Assembly: GCA_963745835.1 (NCBI GenBank)
Contig: CAVUZH010000005.1
Span: forward strand, 153,267 to 217,266
Origin: an uncultured delta proteobacterium
GTDB taxonomy: Bacteria > Desulfobacterota > Binatia > UBA9968
Length of the DNA stretch: 64,000 nt
Direction: 5' to 3'
The notes below the pieces were generated by a model. The model was not told the origin of the DNA. It worked only from the letters and a program-made list of their open reading frames with translations, and made no database searches. The position numbers and the translations under genes are program-made. Positions 61,272-64,000 of the stretch are shown here, piece after piece; positions within the stretch are counted from its first letter, which is position 1; every line of letters begins with the position of its first letter.

Positions 61272-62267
61272 ATGCGTGACGGAATGAAACACATTGCGAC
61301 GCTCGTTTGCGCGAGTATCTTGGTGTTTCCATTATTCTCCGCGGAAGCGCAGGAAAAGACCAGAATCGCTTGGGCCGCTCTCAATCCCGCGGCAAGTCCG
61401 ATGTGGGTGGTCCAGGAGAAGGGACTGTTACGAAAACACGGAGTCGACGCGGAAATCATCGGCATCAACTCCAGTCCCATCGCCATGCAAGCGCTGCTCG
61501 CCGGCGACGTGGATGTCATTGTCACATCGGTGACGACCTTGGTGGGCACCCGACTGGCCGGCGCCGACACGATCATGATCCAAACCTTGGTGCCGACCTT
61601 TGTCGATCATATCGTGAGCGTGCCATCGATCACTGAACTCCAGCATCTCAAGGGTAAGACCGGCGGAGTGAATCGAGTGGGATCCACCTCGGATCTAGGT
61701 TTGCGTCTAGCGCTGCGGCGTCTCGGCATCAATCCGGACTCGGATACGAAGATCATTACTGCCGGCGGCAATCCGGAGCGGCTCATCGCTTTGTCGCGCG
61801 GCTTGATTCAGTTTACGATCATGCCAGAGCCGTGGATACGCGAGGCGGAGAAGCTCGGTTTTCGCGATTTGTTGGATACCGGATCGTTGGCTCTGCCTTT
61901 TCATTGGAACGCCGTTCTTACTCGCGAGAGCATTATAAAAAGTAAGCGTAGCCTCATCACCAAGGTGGTGCGCGCAAACACCGAAGCCATTCATTTCATC
62001 AAAACCGATAGAGAAGGCACAAAGGCGATCTTCAGCAAATTTCTAAAACTCAATGACCCTGAGGGACTTGAACGAGCGGCCAAAGCTTATGCCGCAATTT
62101 TTCCGGTAAATACAATGCCGACACCGGAAGGAGTGAAAACTTTGTTGGATGATATGGCCCCGCGCAATCCGAAAGCCAAAGCTGCGGATCCACGACAATA
62201 TGTCGATATGAGTTTTGTGCAGGAACTTGAGTCGTCGGGTTATCTTAAACAGCTTTACAAGCGTTGA
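61272..62267 (+). CDS. ABC substrate-binding protein (NMT1/SsuA-like)
   Basis: Signal peptide, MQALLAGDVD, LKGKTGGV. Confidence 0.83.
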   Translation: MRDGMKHIATLVCASILVFPLFSAEAQEKTRIAWAALNPAASPMWVVQEKGLLRKHGVDAEIIGINSSPIAMQALLAGDVDVIVTSVTTLVGTRLAGADTIMIQTLVPTFVDHIVSVPSITELQHLKGKTGGVNRVGSTSDLGLRLALRRLGINPDSDTKIITAGGNPERLIALSRGLIQFTIMPEPWIREAEKLGFRDLLDTGSLALPFHWNAVLTRESIIKSKRSLITKVVRANTEAIHFIKTDREGTKAIFSKFLKLNDPEGLERAAKAYAAIFPVNTMPTPEGVKTLLDDMAPRNPKAKAADPRQYVDMSFVQELESSGYLKQLYKR

Positions 62268-62806
62268 CAGTTTACGCACGCATCTTTTGACGCGACTTAA
62301 GATGATCGCGGGCCGAGCCGCTCATGGTGATTCTGTCGAGCCGCTTGAATAATTCGAATAATTCCCGAGTTGTACAGCTTTATAGTCGGCAGCGAAACGC
62401 CGGCGCTTTCCACGACTGCCCGGAAATATGGCAGCGGAGCAGGATGCTTAATCGAAAAATCAAATCTGAACTGCGGCCTCTCCCTTACGATAACAATTCG
62501 CCGGCAAAATGGGGCTCTCAGACCGAGAAACGTACTTCCATCGAAGATTAACGCTGGAATGATAAATTCTTAGCGTGGTCCGAGCGGAACTCACACTGCC
62601 AAAACCAATCATCGCATGAAGCGCAACGCTCTGGTCAAATTCGGGTGAGTGGAGGATCGGATCACCCCCGATACCCTATGGGCTCAGGCACGAGGGGACG
62701 AGGTGACAGCAGGAAAAATTATCAGAGCTGTGTCCTAAGAGTTCGAGTCCATTCGTCATAGAGATGAAAGACCAAAACGGAACAACCCACAAAAGGAGAA
62801 GAAATC

Positions 62807-63253
62807 ATGTCAGCAAATACTATCCGGCTTCACCGGGTCCTCCGCGCAACGCCCGAAAGAGTCTACCGGGCGTTTCTTGATGCCGACGCGATGACCAAAT
62901 GGCTCCCGCCGAACGGATTCACCGGCAAGGTTCACCACATGGATGCCAAGGTTGGCGGCACCTACAAGATGTCGTTCACAAACTTCAGCACCGGCAAGAG
63001 TCATTCGTTCGGCGGCGAGTATCTTGAACTGGTGCCACAAGAACGCATCCGTTACACGGATAGATTTGACGACCTGAACCTGCCCGGAGAAATGCAGACG
63101 ACCGTCACTTTGAAGAAAGTGTCTTGTGGAACCGAGTTGAACATCGTGCAGGAGGGAGTGCCCGATATCATTCCCCCTGAGGCTTGCTATGTCGGCTGGC
63201 AGGAATCGCTCAATCTCCTGGCCAAATTAGTCGAGCCCGAAATTCCGGATTAG
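62807..63253 (+). CDS. SRPBCC/AHSA1 family protein
   Basis: RLHRVLRATPERVYRAFLD, WLPPNGF, GWQESL. Confidence 0.9.
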   Translation: MSANTIRLHRVLRATPERVYRAFLDADAMTKWLPPNGFTGKVHHMDAKVGGTYKMSFTNFSTGKSHSFGGEYLELVPQERIRYTDRFDDLNLPGEMQTTVTLKKVSCGTELNIVQEGVPDIIPPEACYVGWQESLNLLAKLVEPEIPD

Positions 63254-63337
63254 GGAAGCAAGATTGTGGTGGTCCCTCGTGCAGAAAAGCAGCCGGTCGC
63301 GTAACCCCTTCAACAAGTTTACCTCTCAACTCGTCAA

Positions 63338-63578
63338 CGGCGCGAGTATTTGTTTGACGGCAGGCGAGGGACTTGGCTACTGTCAAAGGCGAGCCAATCC
63401 GAAATCACACGGGAGGAAATTACGCGGTCAACAAAAGTGAGATGGATAATTCTGAAGCACTTCAAAGAAGACATCATGTATTGCACAAAATGATCGGCGT
63501 GCCCTTCGGACGTGAGTGAATCGGCATCAGAACGAATCTAGGGTCCGGACCTACAAAGATAAGGCGGATCTCGAGGCG
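63338..63578 (+). pseudogene. Degenerate copy of the upstream region and 5' two-thirds of the NIPSNAP gene
   Basis: tgtttgac upstream box; tcaacaaaagtgagatggataattctgaagcacttcaaa...ggacctacaaagataaggcggatctcgaggcg vs 44172-44458. Confidence 0.8.
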
Positions 63579-63634
63579 TCGGGGATCCGCTGACCACAGC
63601 GTCCACGGATGAGCATTCGAGGAATGATAGGAAT

Positions 63635-64000
63635 ATGGCCGTGATCGAAGCGATTGTTCGCGTGCAGGAGGAGATGACGCTCTGGCGCCGCGACATCCAC
63701 GCGCACCCCGAGCTCGGTTTCGAGGAAAACCGCACTTCCCACTTGTCGCGGAAAAGCTGCGCGGTTTCGGGCTGGAGGTACACCACGGAATCGGCAAGAC
63801 TGGCGTGGTGGGCGTGCTGCGCACGGGAAGCGCGGGGCGTTCGGTCGGTCTGCGCGCCGATATGGACGCGCTGCCGATTCACGAGGCGAATACTTTCGCG
63901 CACCGCTCGACGAACGATGGGCGCATGCACGCGTGCGGGCATGATGGCCATACCACTATGCTGCTCGGCGCGGCAAAATATCTCGCCGACACGCGCAACT
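63635..64000 (+). CDS. M20 family amidohydrolase (hippurate hydrolase-like), frameshift near 63740, runs off the window
   Basis: WRRDIHAHPELGFEE, GLRADMDALP, MHACGHDGHTTMLL. Confidence 0.85.
   Translation, partial: MAVIEAIVRVQEEMTLWRRDIHAHPELGFEENRTSHLSRKSCAVSGWRYTTESARLAWWACCAREARGVRSVCAPIWTRCRFTRRILSRTARRTMGACTRAGMMAIPLCCSARQNISPTRAT

Overview
GC-rich bacterial chromosomal window. Gene content suggests a soil Candidatus Binatia-like genome (inference only). Metabolic genes: a protocatechuate ortho-cleavage cluster (pcaCHGB plus an acyl-CoA ligase), a three-subunit xanthine-dehydrogenase-family molybdoenzyme, two Rieske oxygenases, a 4,5-dihydroxyphthalate-decarboxylase-like gene, a tannase/feruloyl-esterase family hydrolase, argC, solA, an orphan EutA-like ATPase with a bicupin, many orphan ABC solute-binding proteins, and a DsbA/FrnE gene with an in-frame TGA at the UxxC active site (probable selenoprotein). 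The 8.5-21.3 kb segment is a mobile-DNA hotspot with four components. (i) Three tandem copies of a RAYT-like HUH (Y1) transposase element, two bounded by 26-bp inverted ends, enclosing ~0.95 kb of mosaic, AT-richer phage-like DNA. (ii) Further copies of the same end motif bracketing a HigBA toxin-antitoxin module. (iii) Remnants of a second RAYT family broken by ~9-bp tandem repeats. (iv) An IS110/IS1111-type element whose empty target site and matching bridge-RNA guide segments are both visible. Four decayed copies of one small NIPSNAP gene sit at module junctions across the window. Several single-base frameshifts look like sequencing or assembly indels. No rRNA, tRNA or CRISPR array was recognised.
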